IMG/VR virus record: IMGVR_UViG_3300027766_000001
Source of the DNA: a virus
Lineage: Duplodnaviria; Caudoviricetes
Direction: 5' to 3' (one strand)
DNA: 64,000 bases
Shown piece by piece: positions 1-8,472 of the stretch (position 1 is its first letter; the number at the start of each line of letters is the position of its first letter). The position numbers were made by a program, and so were the translations under genes. The notes under the pieces were generated by a model. The model saw only the letters and a list, made by a program, of their open reading frames with translations. It had not been told where the DNA came from and did no database searches.

Positions 1-183
1 CAGCTTCGCTATGATGCGTCTAACATGCCTGAGGACACAAAGATTGTAGTGGACAGTAAGTTCATTGCAGAACGTGCCAAAGCCATTCTGGAAGCCGTAC
101 CTGCGCGTGTCCCTCGTCATAAACCGGTTAATGCTGAAACAGCGGTGTTAGCCAGTTTGGCTGAGTTATTGCGTAGTCGTTAA
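1..183 (+). CDS. 3' end of a gene running into the window; possible HslU/ClpX-like AAA+ protease ATPase C-terminus
   Basis: Frame 1 is open to TAA at 181-183: QLRYDASNMPEDTKIVVDSKFIAERAKAILEA resembles the HslU C-terminus ([21 protein letters not shown]) from recall; only 60 aa visible. Confidence 0.45.
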   Translation, partial: QLRYDASNMPEDTKIVVDSKFIAERAKAILEAVPARVPRHKPVNAETAVLASLAELLRSR

Positions 184-186
184 TCT

Positions 187-212
187 ATGCCCGCTTCGGC
201 GGGCATTCCTTT
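187..212 (+). terminator. Hairpin with cUUCGg tetraloop, terminator-like
   Basis: ATGCCCGC-TTCG-GCGGGCAT followed by TCCTTT, right after a stop codon. Confidence 0.6.
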
Positions 213-229
213 ACTTGTAGGAGTATTAC

Positions 230-778
230 ATGTTCAACGTGGTGACTGATATACAGTTTGATATCATCTCCCGTCGCTGGGAATCATGGTTAGCCAAAGA
301 TCTACCAGATGTTGACCCACGTATAGCGGAGAGTCTGAAAAAGTTCAATGCCCTCACGGGTGTTTGTAGCACTTGGTCGTGCTCCGGTCACACCAAAGGC
401 GAGTACGAAGCCCGTGATGACATGAAACACTACAGCGATCGACAGAAGCGCAACATCATCTTTGTTATCAACAAAGACGGTGGTTGGTTAATGAATGCCT
501 TTGAATTGTTCATGGCAAAAATCGACCGGGATGCGTGGGGTCTCTATCGTCCTGAGATTCGCGCCTTCTTGTTGTCGTGGGCTTTTGATGTTGATGAAGC
601 AACAGGCAAGCGAAAGCACTCCTCGTTGTTGTACCCGACGTGGCAAATTGTCATGAGTTATAACAACATCGGCGACTCCACCTCGGATGTCTCTAAAGCG
701 ATTCATGACGGGTTAGAAGCGACCTGGAATGAAATGATTGATTTCTTTGTTATGTACCACGAGGAGTTTGTTAAATGA
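230..778 (+). CDS. Hypothetical protein with TYW3/Taw3-like N-terminal motif
   Basis: SD GGAG; DVDPRIAESLKKFNALTGVCSTWSCSGH resembles the TYW3-type D..I..L...N......TTSSCSGR motif. Confidence 0.75.
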   Translation: MFNVVTDIQFDIISRRWESWLAKDLPDVDPRIAESLKKFNALTGVCSTWSCSGHTKGEYEARDDMKHYSDRQKRNIIFVINKDGGWLMNAFELFMAKIDRDAWGLYRPEIRAFLLSWAFDVDEATGKRKHSSLLYPTWQIVMSYNNIGDSTSDVSKAIHDGLEATWNEMIDFFVMYHEEFVK

Positions 779-1416
779 ACACTGATTTCTCCACCATTTT
801 ACAGTTCCAGCCACTGGAAGACAAAGGCAACCACATTCGCCTTTCAACGCAGTCTAAACAAGGCATCACTGTTGACATGTGGCAAATGGATGTAGAAAAA
901 CCGCACTATCAGGCAGTGGCTTACATCCCTGGTCCAGACGGTAACGATGATCTGGATATTTTGCTTGGCCGTGAAGACACGTACAAGTTCCCACTGCCAG
1001 AAGATCGGTTAGCGTTTATTGCGCAGAATTACCTCAGCAGGTTGCGTAAGGCTGTGGTGCACGGCGCGACTGACCAGCTGCATTACAAACTGACGGACGC
1101 TGATCTCGTCACGGCACAAGCCGCTATGAAGCCACTGGACAGTGTTGTTGATAACCAGTACATCAATAACGATAACATCGAGATTGGTGGAAAGGAAATC
1201 TACTGGCGCATCTCCTCTATCTTCCTGGACAGCATGGGACGTACCACACCCGGCTTCTTGCAGAAGATCACCTTCACCGTGGTGGATGGCAATATCGAAC
1301 GCAGCGTCACCATCAAAGACGATATGACCGAGAACCCTAAGATTGATGTGGGTCATGTGTTCGAAACCAACAAACCCCTCATTGCCGAAGTTTTAGGCTT
1401 GGACCTGACTAAATAA
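775..1416 (+). CDS. Hypothetical protein
   Basis: 213-aa ORF, ATGA overlap with upstream stop, phage-like codon use. Confidence 0.8.
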   Translation: MNTDFSTILQFQPLEDKGNHIRLSTQSKQGITVDMWQMDVEKPHYQAVAYIPGPDGNDDLDILLGREDTYKFPLPEDRLAFIAQNYLSRLRKAVVHGATDQLHYKLTDADLVTAQAAMKPLDSVVDNQYINNDNIEIGGKEIYWRISSIFLDSMGRTTPGFLQKITFTVVDGNIERSVTIKDDMTENPKIDVGHVFETNKPLIAEVLGLDLTK

Positions 1417-1425
1417 GGAAAGACC

Positions 1426-1965
1426 ATGAGCGCCATTGCAAATGTATTAAACGACCTGGTTAACTGCTGGACTGTGTATAACAGCGACCGTCAATTGGAA
1501 GACCGCGCTGCAACAGTGAAAGTCATCAACAGCGGTGACTGTGGTCTGGTGGCAATTGCGGCCAGTCAGGTACTGCGTGAGAAGTTCAACTACAACGTGA
1601 CCATTCTGGTTAACCGTAATCACTGCTGGATGCGTATCAACGGTGTGGATTACGACACCCGTTATCCAGAAGGTTACCCGGAAGGGACGTCTGCTAACCA
1701 GGAATGGAGCCGCGACGAACTGGAAACGGTTCATGAGCTGGATTATAAATCAGCCTGTGATGAATGGATGCCGGCGGATTCGCATGGTGCGTTCCTGGTG
1801 AAAGCCTTTGTTGAACGCTACGGCCTTACCCTCCCTCAGGAACTGCACCATTGCATTACTAATGCGGCGGAGTATGAGCATGAATCGGTTATCCCGGTTC
1901 TGCAGGCGCGTTACCGTGCGGTGAAAGAAACCCCGGCTCTGGAAGTTGTTGCACAAGACATGTAA
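1426..1965 (+). CDS. Putative papain/transglutaminase-fold protein (Cys-His-Asp)
   Basis: SD AAGGA; motifs SGDCGLVAIA and NHCWMRINGVDYD. Confidence 0.7.
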   Translation: MSAIANVLNDLVNCWTVYNSDRQLEDRAATVKVINSGDCGLVAIAASQVLREKFNYNVTILVNRNHCWMRINGVDYDTRYPEGYPEGTSANQEWSRDELETVHELDYKSACDEWMPADSHGAFLVKAFVERYGLTLPQELHHCITNAAEYEHESVIPVLQARYRAVKETPALEVVAQDM

Positions 1966-1989
1966 TCGCGGACTAATTCCACTCTTTAT

Positions 1990-2406
1990 ATGGAGGACAC
2001 TATGACCGAATTAAAGCTGTGGAATATTCGCTGGGCGGTTGACGAATCAGCGGGCCTGTATCGCATGTTACGTGAGATACCGACACCGGAGTTCTTAAGT
2101 TATTGGATCACCGGACAAAGCATGAACGATGATCGTTGTACGTACATGGGTGTGATTGCTGCAGCCAATGAGACGGACGCGATTCAAATCTTGCTACATA
2201 ACGTGCAACCGGTAACAGAAATAAGCTGGGTGCGGCCGTATGTGATGAGCCCAAATGCGCAGGACAACTTCAATCATTACATGATGAGTTACAACCTGCA
2301 GCGTACGGTCTACTTTAAATCCCTGGGTTTGTTGTATGACAAACCCGTGGTATCACACACGGATTACGATGGCTGGGAATGCATCACGTTAACTGAACTG
2401 CTTTAA
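1990..2406 (+). CDS. Hypothetical protein (start may be ATG 2002)
   Basis: 138-aa ORF; GGAGG lies upstream of the second ATG. Confidence 0.75.
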   Translation: MEDTMTELKLWNIRWAVDESAGLYRMLREIPTPEFLSYWITGQSMNDDRCTYMGVIAAANETDAIQILLHNVQPVTEISWVRPYVMSPNAQDNFNHYMMSYNLQRTVYFKSLGLLYDKPVVSHTDYDGWECITLTELL

Positions 2407-2416
2407 CGGGTAAGAC

Positions 2417-2788
2417 ATGAAAGCAATTGCGTACAGTGTGTTATTTCATGTTACGTGTCCCGAGGAACCTCAACTGAAACTGGTAGGGGTGTGTAACTAC
2501 GACCTCTACGTAACAGCTGAGCGCATAGCGGGGATTCAAAAAGAGTTGAAGCGGGAAATGAACCGGATAGGCGATCGCTTTGATGCGGTCTTCGATGCTC
2601 AGGATCATGAACGCGCAATGACCGTTGAATTCCCCTATGTTCCTATTCACCCCTCAACCATGTCACCGCCACCTGAGCCCGGTTCAAGTGCGTTGGCACG
2701 TTTACCGAAGAACATCAACACGTGCATTAATATCTGCATGAAAGGCGTTCATCAGGTCTTGTATGACTTAACCAAACCCGTGGGGTAA
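2417..2788 (+). CDS. Hypothetical protein
   Basis: 123-aa ORF in a tightly packed + strand run. Confidence 0.75.
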   Translation: MKAIAYSVLFHVTCPEEPQLKLVGVCNYDLYVTAERIAGIQKELKREMNRIGDRFDAVFDAQDHERAMTVEFPYVPIHPSTMSPPPEPGSSALARLPKNINTCINICMKGVHQVLYDLTKPVG

Positions 2789-2790
2789 TT

Positions 2791-3399
2791 ATGTTCTACG
2801 GAATCATGTTCTATTTTGATCAACCGGTGAAGCGGCTTTGGTACGTCGCCTCCTCGCAAAACGGCGAAGAGAAGTGGGACACCTTGTACAAGTTTAGCAA
2901 GCAGTACCCCACAGGTGTACCAAACGAGATCTATAAACTGATGGCGGGTGAGCACCAGCATGCGCCAAAGGTAAAGATCTCCATGGAAAACACGTTCCTC
3001 ACCATCGAGGACGCGATTGCGCACATCAATGGCTTGATTGAACACGACATCAAAGGAATGCGTGTGGCTGGGTTGTCTGATGAACAAATCCAAACCAACA
3101 TCATTAACGTCGATGATGCGGTGCGTCGCATTCGCATGATGCGTTCTGCGGTGTCAGTCAATGCTGGGTTGTATTATGACCACGGTGTGACAGCTATTAC
3201 CGATGAAGCATGGGATAGCATGGCAAAACAGCTTTGCGACTATCAACAAACCCATGCGTATGCCTTACCATTTGTGAACTTCTTTGATAAAGAGTTTGCA
3301 GACTTCACGCCGGACACGGGTTTCCATTTACCGTATCGTAGTGAACCGATCTACAGCACGGTGTTGCGCGCCGTTGAGTTTCTGGCACAACGCAAATAG
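2791..3399 (+). CDS. Protein with a stand-alone NAD-ligase domain Ia-like C-terminal module
   Basis: GLYYDHGVTAITDEAWDSMAKQLCDYQQTH matches the LigA Ia pattern YY....P.ISD.EYD.L...L..LE..HP; no KxDG adenylation motif. Confidence 0.7.
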   Translation: MFYGIMFYFDQPVKRLWYVASSQNGEEKWDTLYKFSKQYPTGVPNEIYKLMAGEHQHAPKVKISMENTFLTIEDAIAHINGLIEHDIKGMRVAGLSDEQIQTNIINVDDAVRRIRMMRSAVSVNAGLYYDHGVTAITDEAWDSMAKQLCDYQQTHAYALPFVNFFDKEFADFTPDTGFHLPYRSEPIYSTVLRAVEFLAQRK

Positions 3400-3406
3400 T
3401 CTTGTG

Positions 3407-3425
3407 CCTACATTACTGTTGTGTA
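3407..3425 (+). promoter_or_regulatory. Early-promoter-like motif (variant)
   Basis: CCTACATTACTGTTGTGTA, similar to the copies at 12720, 17593, 30901 and 53896; intergenic. Confidence 0.45.
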
Positions 3426-3458
3426 TCCCCTATTAACCATTACCTATACTCGTAAGGA

Positions 3459-5135
3459 ATGCTCATGAGCAACGAATTGAACTTCACCCCTGTTGACCAG
3501 GTATTGACCATTGCCCGTAATCCCGAGGACAATGAACTTGCTCCAGTGGTGTTGTATGTAAACGACACCGTTGTGCGTGCTGTCCATGAGCGCGATGCGA
3601 TTCACTGGACCGATAAAACTATCCTGGCGCACGTTTACCTGGAAGCGTTGTTCGAGCGTGACCGTAATAAACAGAATGATCCGTTTGCTGAGAGCATTCT
3701 GACGCTGATCATGAACACGCTGAAGCAGGCCAACGATCAGTACGACTTCGTCACCGAAGATTGGCTGGGTGTAAAACTCAACCTCGCGGAACAAGTCAAC
3801 GGTGAAACACTGTACGTGGAAGTGACCACCACTGACGGCTACGATCTGAACATCCGTTACATGGTACCGGGTCAGGCGTGGCAGGAAATCGAAGTGCGTC
3901 ACGATGAACCTGTGCCGGGTCCGTATGAACTGTATCGCCGCTTAACGGCAAATGACCACGTTAAGATGGAGCACCTGGGTAGTGTGTTCTTTGACGGTCT
4001 GGTTTATCAATACGAAGCAGCGGCCAACAGCACCTTTACACTGCAGTCACGTCTGGTGATTCTGCACGACGGTGGTGAAGAGCTATTCTCGGACGGTAAC
4101 CTGACGCAGTACGGTCTGATCAACGTGTTGCTGGAACTGCATCGTAAACTGATCCTGGGTATCAATTACGGCGACATGGAAACGATGGACATCGCGACCC
4201 GTCAGTTGGTTGCACAGAACTTGAACAGAATGCTGAACGAGCTGTTCGGTCTGCACGAGTTCACGGCGTTGGTTGACGGCCTGACAGTATCCGTGCGTGG
4301 TAGCGTTAACCCGGAAGTGAACTGCATGATTACCCACACCTATGTGGAATCGCAGAATGCAGTCCGTGTTGAGAGTCGCTTCTTTGTAGGTGCGGCAGAT
4401 TCGGCAATGGAAATCTCCGGCATGTTCGGCCTCGATGAAGCACCGATCGATGTTGCAACGGTTTACCAGAAGAACGAACAGCGTATCCGTGCGGGCCTTG
4501 GCTTACTGCCGATTCAACAGCCTGAAGCGGACGTGCCGTTCGGTGATCCGGACATGAGCAAGTCAACTGTGTCTGCGATAGCTGCAGTGGGCCCGACCAA
4601 TGGCATTGGGATTGGTTCTGATCTGTTGTGGCGCATCAAAGAAGATCTGCAGTTCTTCAAGAAGACCACTTCAGGGTGTGTTGTGATCATGGGACGTAAG
4701 ACCTTTGAATCCATTGGTCGCCCGTTACCGAACCGCATTAACATTGTGTTGACTCGCGATCCTGAATACGTCATGCGTTATCGGGAAGAGCAAGCTGACC
4801 AAAGTCTGCTCGCGAGCGGTGATGAGACCAATTACAACAACCTGCTGTGTGTTACCACCAAAGAAGAAGCGCTGCTGTTGGCGAACCGCGTGGCCAAAGG
4901 TAAAGAGATCTTTATCATTGGTGGCGGTGAAGTGTATAATCTGTTCATGGAAGACACGCAGAAAGTGTATCTCACCAACATCTACGGTGACGACTCACAT
5001 GCTGATGTGTTCTTCCCACTCACAGGTAATGACATCCCCGGCAAATGGGATGTTGAAGTACTGGCTGAAAACATGGAAGACGATTCTGTCTCACCACCGC
5101 TGGCGTACAGCCGCTACCTGCTGACCCGTAAATAA
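3459..5135 (+). CDS. dfr: Dihydrofolate reductase fused to a 365-aa unknown N-terminal domain
   Basis: C-terminal part from aa 366: AIAAVGPTNGIG, WRIKEDLQFFKKTT, VIMGRKTFESIGRPLPNRINIVLTR, IFIIGGGEVY, ADVFFP. Confidence 0.92.
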   Translation: MLMSNELNFTPVDQVLTIARNPEDNELAPVVLYVNDTVVRAVHERDAIHWTDKTILAHVYLEALFERDRNKQNDPFAESILTLIMNTLKQANDQYDFVTEDWLGVKLNLAEQVNGETLYVEVTTTDGYDLNIRYMVPGQAWQEIEVRHDEPVPGPYELYRRLTANDHVKMEHLGSVFFDGLVYQYEAAANSTFTLQSRLVILHDGGEELFSDGNLTQYGLINVLLELHRKLILGINYGDMETMDIATRQLVAQNLNRMLNELFGLHEFTALVDGLTVSVRGSVNPEVNCMITHTYVESQNAVRVESRFFVGAADSAMEISGMFGLDEAPIDVATVYQKNEQRIRAGLGLLPIQQPEADVPFGDPDMSKSTVSAIAAVGPTNGIGIGSDLLWRIKEDLQFFKKTTSGCVVIMGRKTFESIGRPLPNRINIVLTRDPEYVMRYREEQADQSLLASGDETNYNNLLCVTTKEEALLLANRVAKGKEIFIIGGGEVYNLFMEDTQKVYLTNIYGDDSHADVFFPLTGNDIPGKWDVEVLAENMEDDSVSPPLAYSRYLLTRK

Positions 5136-5142
5136 ACTTACT

Positions 5143-5167
5143 GGGGATGACAACATCCCCTTGTTCT
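5143..5167 (+). terminator. Rho-independent terminator-like hairpin
   Basis: GGGGATG-ACAA-CATCCCC then TTGTTCT after the DHFR stop. Confidence 0.6.
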
Positions 5168-5171
5168 CCCT

Positions 5172-5816
5172 TTGAGGTACCCAATGACTAAACCCGTAGC
5201 AGTGCCCAGCTTGACCGCCGCAGCAACCGTAAAAGAAGCCACCGGCAATCCCTTTACCATTCAGGCACAGTTGAAAGGCGTGATGCTGCTCAGTAACAAC
5301 ACTGTGTGGCTGAAGAACAACTACGTACTCGAAAACTTCCTGCTCGATGCAAAACAGCGTGACGCGTTGATCGCCAAGTATGACGTGACCCCGCTGATCA
5401 AACTGGAAGCGGCTGTCCGTGACGACGGCAAAGCAGTCAATGATCGTGCTGCACCGATCATGCTGACGCAGTACGCGACCGTGCCGTATGACGCGCGTAA
5501 ACTCGGCCACCTGATGATCCTGGAACGTGACAGCCTGATCATCATCTCCACGCATTACCACACCTCGAAGAAAGTGTCGTTTAACTACACGGCCTTTGAG
5601 AAGTCGCTGATTGAATACTGTCACCTGGTGACACTGGAGAAGCGTCGTCAAGATCCGATCATCATCCCACTGCCGGGTATGGATTGTGGTGATGTGCGTT
5701 TGGCGCAGGACGACGCGTCTTATGTGATCGATCCGATGCACATCGTGCGTGTGAAGAAGATCATCGCGAATACCATGTTCCCCGAAGCAGATGTCACGCT
5801 GGTTATCCCCAGCTAA
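5172..5816 (+). CDS. Hypothetical protein, possible degenerate macrodomain
   Basis: C-terminal half THYHTSKKVSFNYTAFEKSL...IIIPLPGMDCGD...KKIIANTMFPEADVTLV follows the macrodomain pattern TQY....DY.A...L...I.IP.IG.G; start may be ATG 5184. Confidence 0.6.
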   Translation: MRYPMTKPVAVPSLTAAATVKEATGNPFTIQAQLKGVMLLSNNTVWLKNNYVLENFLLDAKQRDALIAKYDVTPLIKLEAAVRDDGKAVNDRAAPIMLTQYATVPYDARKLGHLMILERDSLIIISTHYHTSKKVSFNYTAFEKSLIEYCHLVTLEKRRQDPIIIPLPGMDCGDVRLAQDDASYVIDPMHIVRVKKIIANTMFPEADVTLVIPS

Positions 5817-5828
5817 CTGGAGCACCCT

Positions 5829-6224
5829 ATGCACGTAGCAACCCGTATGACTTCTCTGGGCGTCCATGCCCCTCTGATGCAGGTACCGGCTTGGGACAAA
5901 TTCATGTCCCGTGTGAGTAAATTGCACGACGATCGTGGCATTCCTAATAAGCGGGATCGTTTCCTGCTGGATGACAATATCCTCACCCGGATGCCCTCGT
6001 CACCGTGTCGCTACATCAAAGGGATTCGCGACTTCATGCAGACGTGGATGCGTTATGCGGATTATCGCGATAGCTTCATTGATCGTTTGCAGCAAGATCC
6101 AGAATTGGCTGAAGTACGTCTGCGGATTGGAAAGGTTCATGAAGATGGCCGGATCCACCTGTCGTTAGCCACACGTAAGGGCTTTATATCGGTTAGCTTT
6201 ACCCAAGACCAGTATGAGTTCTGA
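5829..6224 (+). CDS. Hypothetical protein
   Basis: 131-aa ORF, SD GGAG. Confidence 0.7.
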   Translation: MHVATRMTSLGVHAPLMQVPAWDKFMSRVSKLHDDRGIPNKRDRFLLDDNILTRMPSSPCRYIKGIRDFMQTWMRYADYRDSFIDRLQQDPELAEVRLRIGKVHEDGRIHLSLATRKGFISVSFTQDQYEF

Positions 6225-6301
6225 TTAATGTATATGACCACCTGATTGGGTGGTTCATTACACACAAGCAACCTGTCTATTCTAACAATGGGAATACCTC
6301 A

Positions 6302-6595
6302 ATGTCGACGAAGAAAACTGTAACTGTGGCTGAGATCGAAGCGGGCGTATTCGCCTTTGAAGGGATCCGTGTGATCCTGCGTGCGCCGGCTGGCAAGAAA
6401 GTCGCTAACATCCCGTACACCGATGGCTTCATCAATCGCTGCGCCAAAACCCACAATCTCGGTACCTTGCGTAAACGCATTGCCCAGATCGTAGGTGATG
6501 GCATCGAGGTTGAAGTTATCGATGCCAAAGGTAACGCGGTCCACGGTGGTACCAAAATTGGTAACCTGCGCGATACTTACGCCGTTCCGGCGTAA
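6302..6595 (+). CDS. Small basic hypothetical protein
   Basis: 97-aa ORF with strongly biased codons; C-terminal VEVIDAKGNAVHGGTKIGNLRDTY. Confidence 0.8.
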   Translation: MSTKKTVTVAEIEAGVFAFEGIRVILRAPAGKKVANIPYTDGFINRCAKTHNLGTLRKRIAQIVGDGIEVEVIDAKGNAVHGGTKIGNLRDTYAVPA

Positions 6596-6614
6596 TAAAA
6601 ACAAAGACACACCA

Positions 6615-6682
6615 GCATAAAAGAGGCACCTCCTTCCCACACGGGAAGGAGGCCCTCTCTACTTATGCCGTCTTTTTTTTTT
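6615..6682. terminator. Bidirectional terminator-like GCATAA-hairpin-TTATGC element
   Basis: GCATAAAAGAGGCACCTCCTTCCC-ACAC-GGGAAGGAGGCCCTCTCTACTTATGCCGTC plus T10, at a convergent gene junction. Confidence 0.8.
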
Positions 6683-7541
6683 AGCTCAAGTTTAACTCGT
6701 AAATAAACAACACCACGTAGTTAGACGTCAATGCTGTTGCTAACAGCTGCTGGTATGAAGACCATTGCATCGCATTGATGGTGGTGGTGGTATTATAGTT
6801 CGCGGTTAACACATGGCCGCTGGTGATAAAGGTAATTGCCGCATCGTTGTAACGGTAAGTGTACAAGACACCCGGTAACGTCGTGCTGATGTTGGTGAAC
6901 GTCGCAGCAATCGCACCCCAGTCACTGACCTTCAACGTACTATCAAATGCCGTGATCGGAGCATTGTCCAGTACGTTGGTAAATGAAGGCAAGCGGATAG
7001 TAAACCCGTAACCCGCTTTATCAATGGTTAGATACGGTGTTGTCGTATCATTCACCGGTCGCATAACCTTCGCTGAGACCAAGGTATTGATTGACATCTG
7101 CGCGTAGGTGCTGTCGGGGATAAAAATGATTTTACCGTTGACGATCCACTTGTAGAACTTGGTCAGGTTCGCTGCACCGGATGCGGCAGTACCAATAGCC
7201 GTGCCAAGCTCAGTGAAGTTAGGAAGCTGTGACAAATCGGTAACCTCACCGAAATAGCCAAAGTCCCAATCCCCCAATGCCAGGTTCTTCGGCCCAGGCC
7301 CTGTATTGGTGAAATACCCAATAGCAGTAACCGGGGTACCTGTTCGACCCGATCCTTTTACACTGACGATTGAGTAGTACGACACCTTGTTCAATGGTGC
7401 CGTTGTATCCTCATAGCTTAACGCATCACCAGCAAGCGTGGCCACTTTGGTCAGTGTGCCCGTCTTGGTGGCTGCACGCCAAACCTCGATTGCATCCAAC
7501 GCCACCGTCCCTCTGTTCTTCCAGGCGAGTTTTGCTCCCAT
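6681..7541 (-). CDS. Virion/tail-associated structural protein, paralog 4 of 4
   Basis: FN3-like N-terminus (KLAWKN...IEVWRA) plus the shared motif GPGPKNLALGDWDFGYFGEV. Confidence 0.75.
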   Translation of the reverse strand: MGAKLAWKNRGTVALDAIEVWRAATKTGTLTKVATLAGDALSYEDTTAPLNKVSYYSIVSVKGSGRTGTPVTAIGYFTNTGPGPKNLALGDWDFGYFGEVTDLSQLPNFTELGTAIGTAASGAANLTKFYKWIVNGKIIFIPDSTYAQMSINTLVSAKVMRPVNDTTTPYLTIDKAGYGFTIRLPSFTNVLDNAPITAFDSTLKVSDWGAIAATFTNISTTLPGVLYTYRYNDAAITFITSGHVLTANYNTTTTINAMQWSSYQQLLATALTSNYVVLFIYELNLS

Positions 7542-7553
7542 GATTCATTCCCC

Positions 7554-8471
7554 TTAGAATAACAGTTCCAGCACGCCTTGAAAGCGCAGGTTGCTTTGAG
7601 AGATAGCCGACCAGCCAGTAGAACCCGACGTGATGTTCATGTAACCGTAGGTGTTGGCGGCGGAGACTTGCGTGTCTACCCACGCCAGACCCATCCACGT
7701 CCCCATCACCTGATCACACAGTTTATATTTGATCTGCCCGTTCACACCTGGCGCAGGTGGCACCATTGGAGTGGGTCCTGTCCCAAAGAGCGACATGATC
7801 ATCCCAATCTCGGACACCGCTGCTTCAGCACCGTACTGAGCGGTTTGAAGAACTGCAGTAGGATTGCCCACTGTTGCGTGCGGCAACCGGAAGACAAAGT
7901 CATACCCGTTCTTGCTGACCACCACGCCATTGGTCTCGTAGGTGTTGTCCTTGACCAACAGCTTACTGTTAATCAATTCCCCCGGAGAAGGCGCGGCGTT
8001 GTTGTAGAGCTGGTCAGCCGTGAACAGAATACGACCACCCACCACAAACTTGTGATACACCGACAAAGTTGGTATGGCGGCTTGCGTGGCCAGCGGAGTA
8101 GTTGCGCCCGAGGCAACGATCCCTGCATAGAGTTCAGAGTTACTGAACAATAAATTAGGATCTACCTCGCCGAAGTAACCAAAGTTCCAGTCGCCGCGTG
8201 CAAGCTTTTGCGGACCCGGGCCGGTGTCAGTAAAGTAACCCAGTAGGAGTTGTTCGGTGTACGTGATGTTACCATCAGGCAGCACAGCGCCAACCAGAAT
8301 ATAGTAGATGCTACGGTTTACCGAAGTTTGGTACGTGTAGCTGGTAACGTCAGATCCAACGTTGACCACGTCACTTGGCGGCGAAGCCAAATTGACCTTA
8401 CTGCCCGCGCTACGATAAAGCCGGTAACCGGTTGCACCTGAAACCGCATTCCAAGAAACAGTCAACGACAT
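7554..8471 (-). CDS. Virion/tail-associated structural protein, paralog 3 of 4
   Basis: FN3-like N-terminus (LTVSWNAVSGATGYRLYRS); GPGPQKLARGDWNFGYFGEV. Confidence 0.75.
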   Translation of the reverse strand: MSLTVSWNAVSGATGYRLYRSAGSKVNLASPPSDVVNVGSDVTSYTYQTSVNRSIYYILVGAVLPDGNITYTEQLLLGYFTDTGPGPQKLARGDWNFGYFGEVDPNLLFSNSELYAGIVASGATTPLATQAAIPTLSVYHKFVVGGRILFTADQLYNNAAPSPGELINSKLLVKDNTYETNGVVVSKNGYDFVFRLPHATVGNPTAVLQTAQYGAEAAVSEIGMIMSLFGTGPTPMVPPAPGVNGQIKYKLCDQVMGTWMGLAWVDTQVSAANTYGYMNITSGSTGWSAISQSNLRFQGVLELLF

Positions 8472-8472
8472 C

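Noticed and set aside
3459-4553. Bifunctional DHFR-thymidylate synthase
   Set aside because: The N-terminal region lacks TS motifs (PCH, QRS.D..LG.PFN), and the domain order is reversed relative to DHFR-TS.
5091-5927. 278-aa minus-strand ORF
   Set aside because: Antisense shadow of the 5172-5816 gene; no SD, Arg/His-rich, produced by codon bias on the coding strand.
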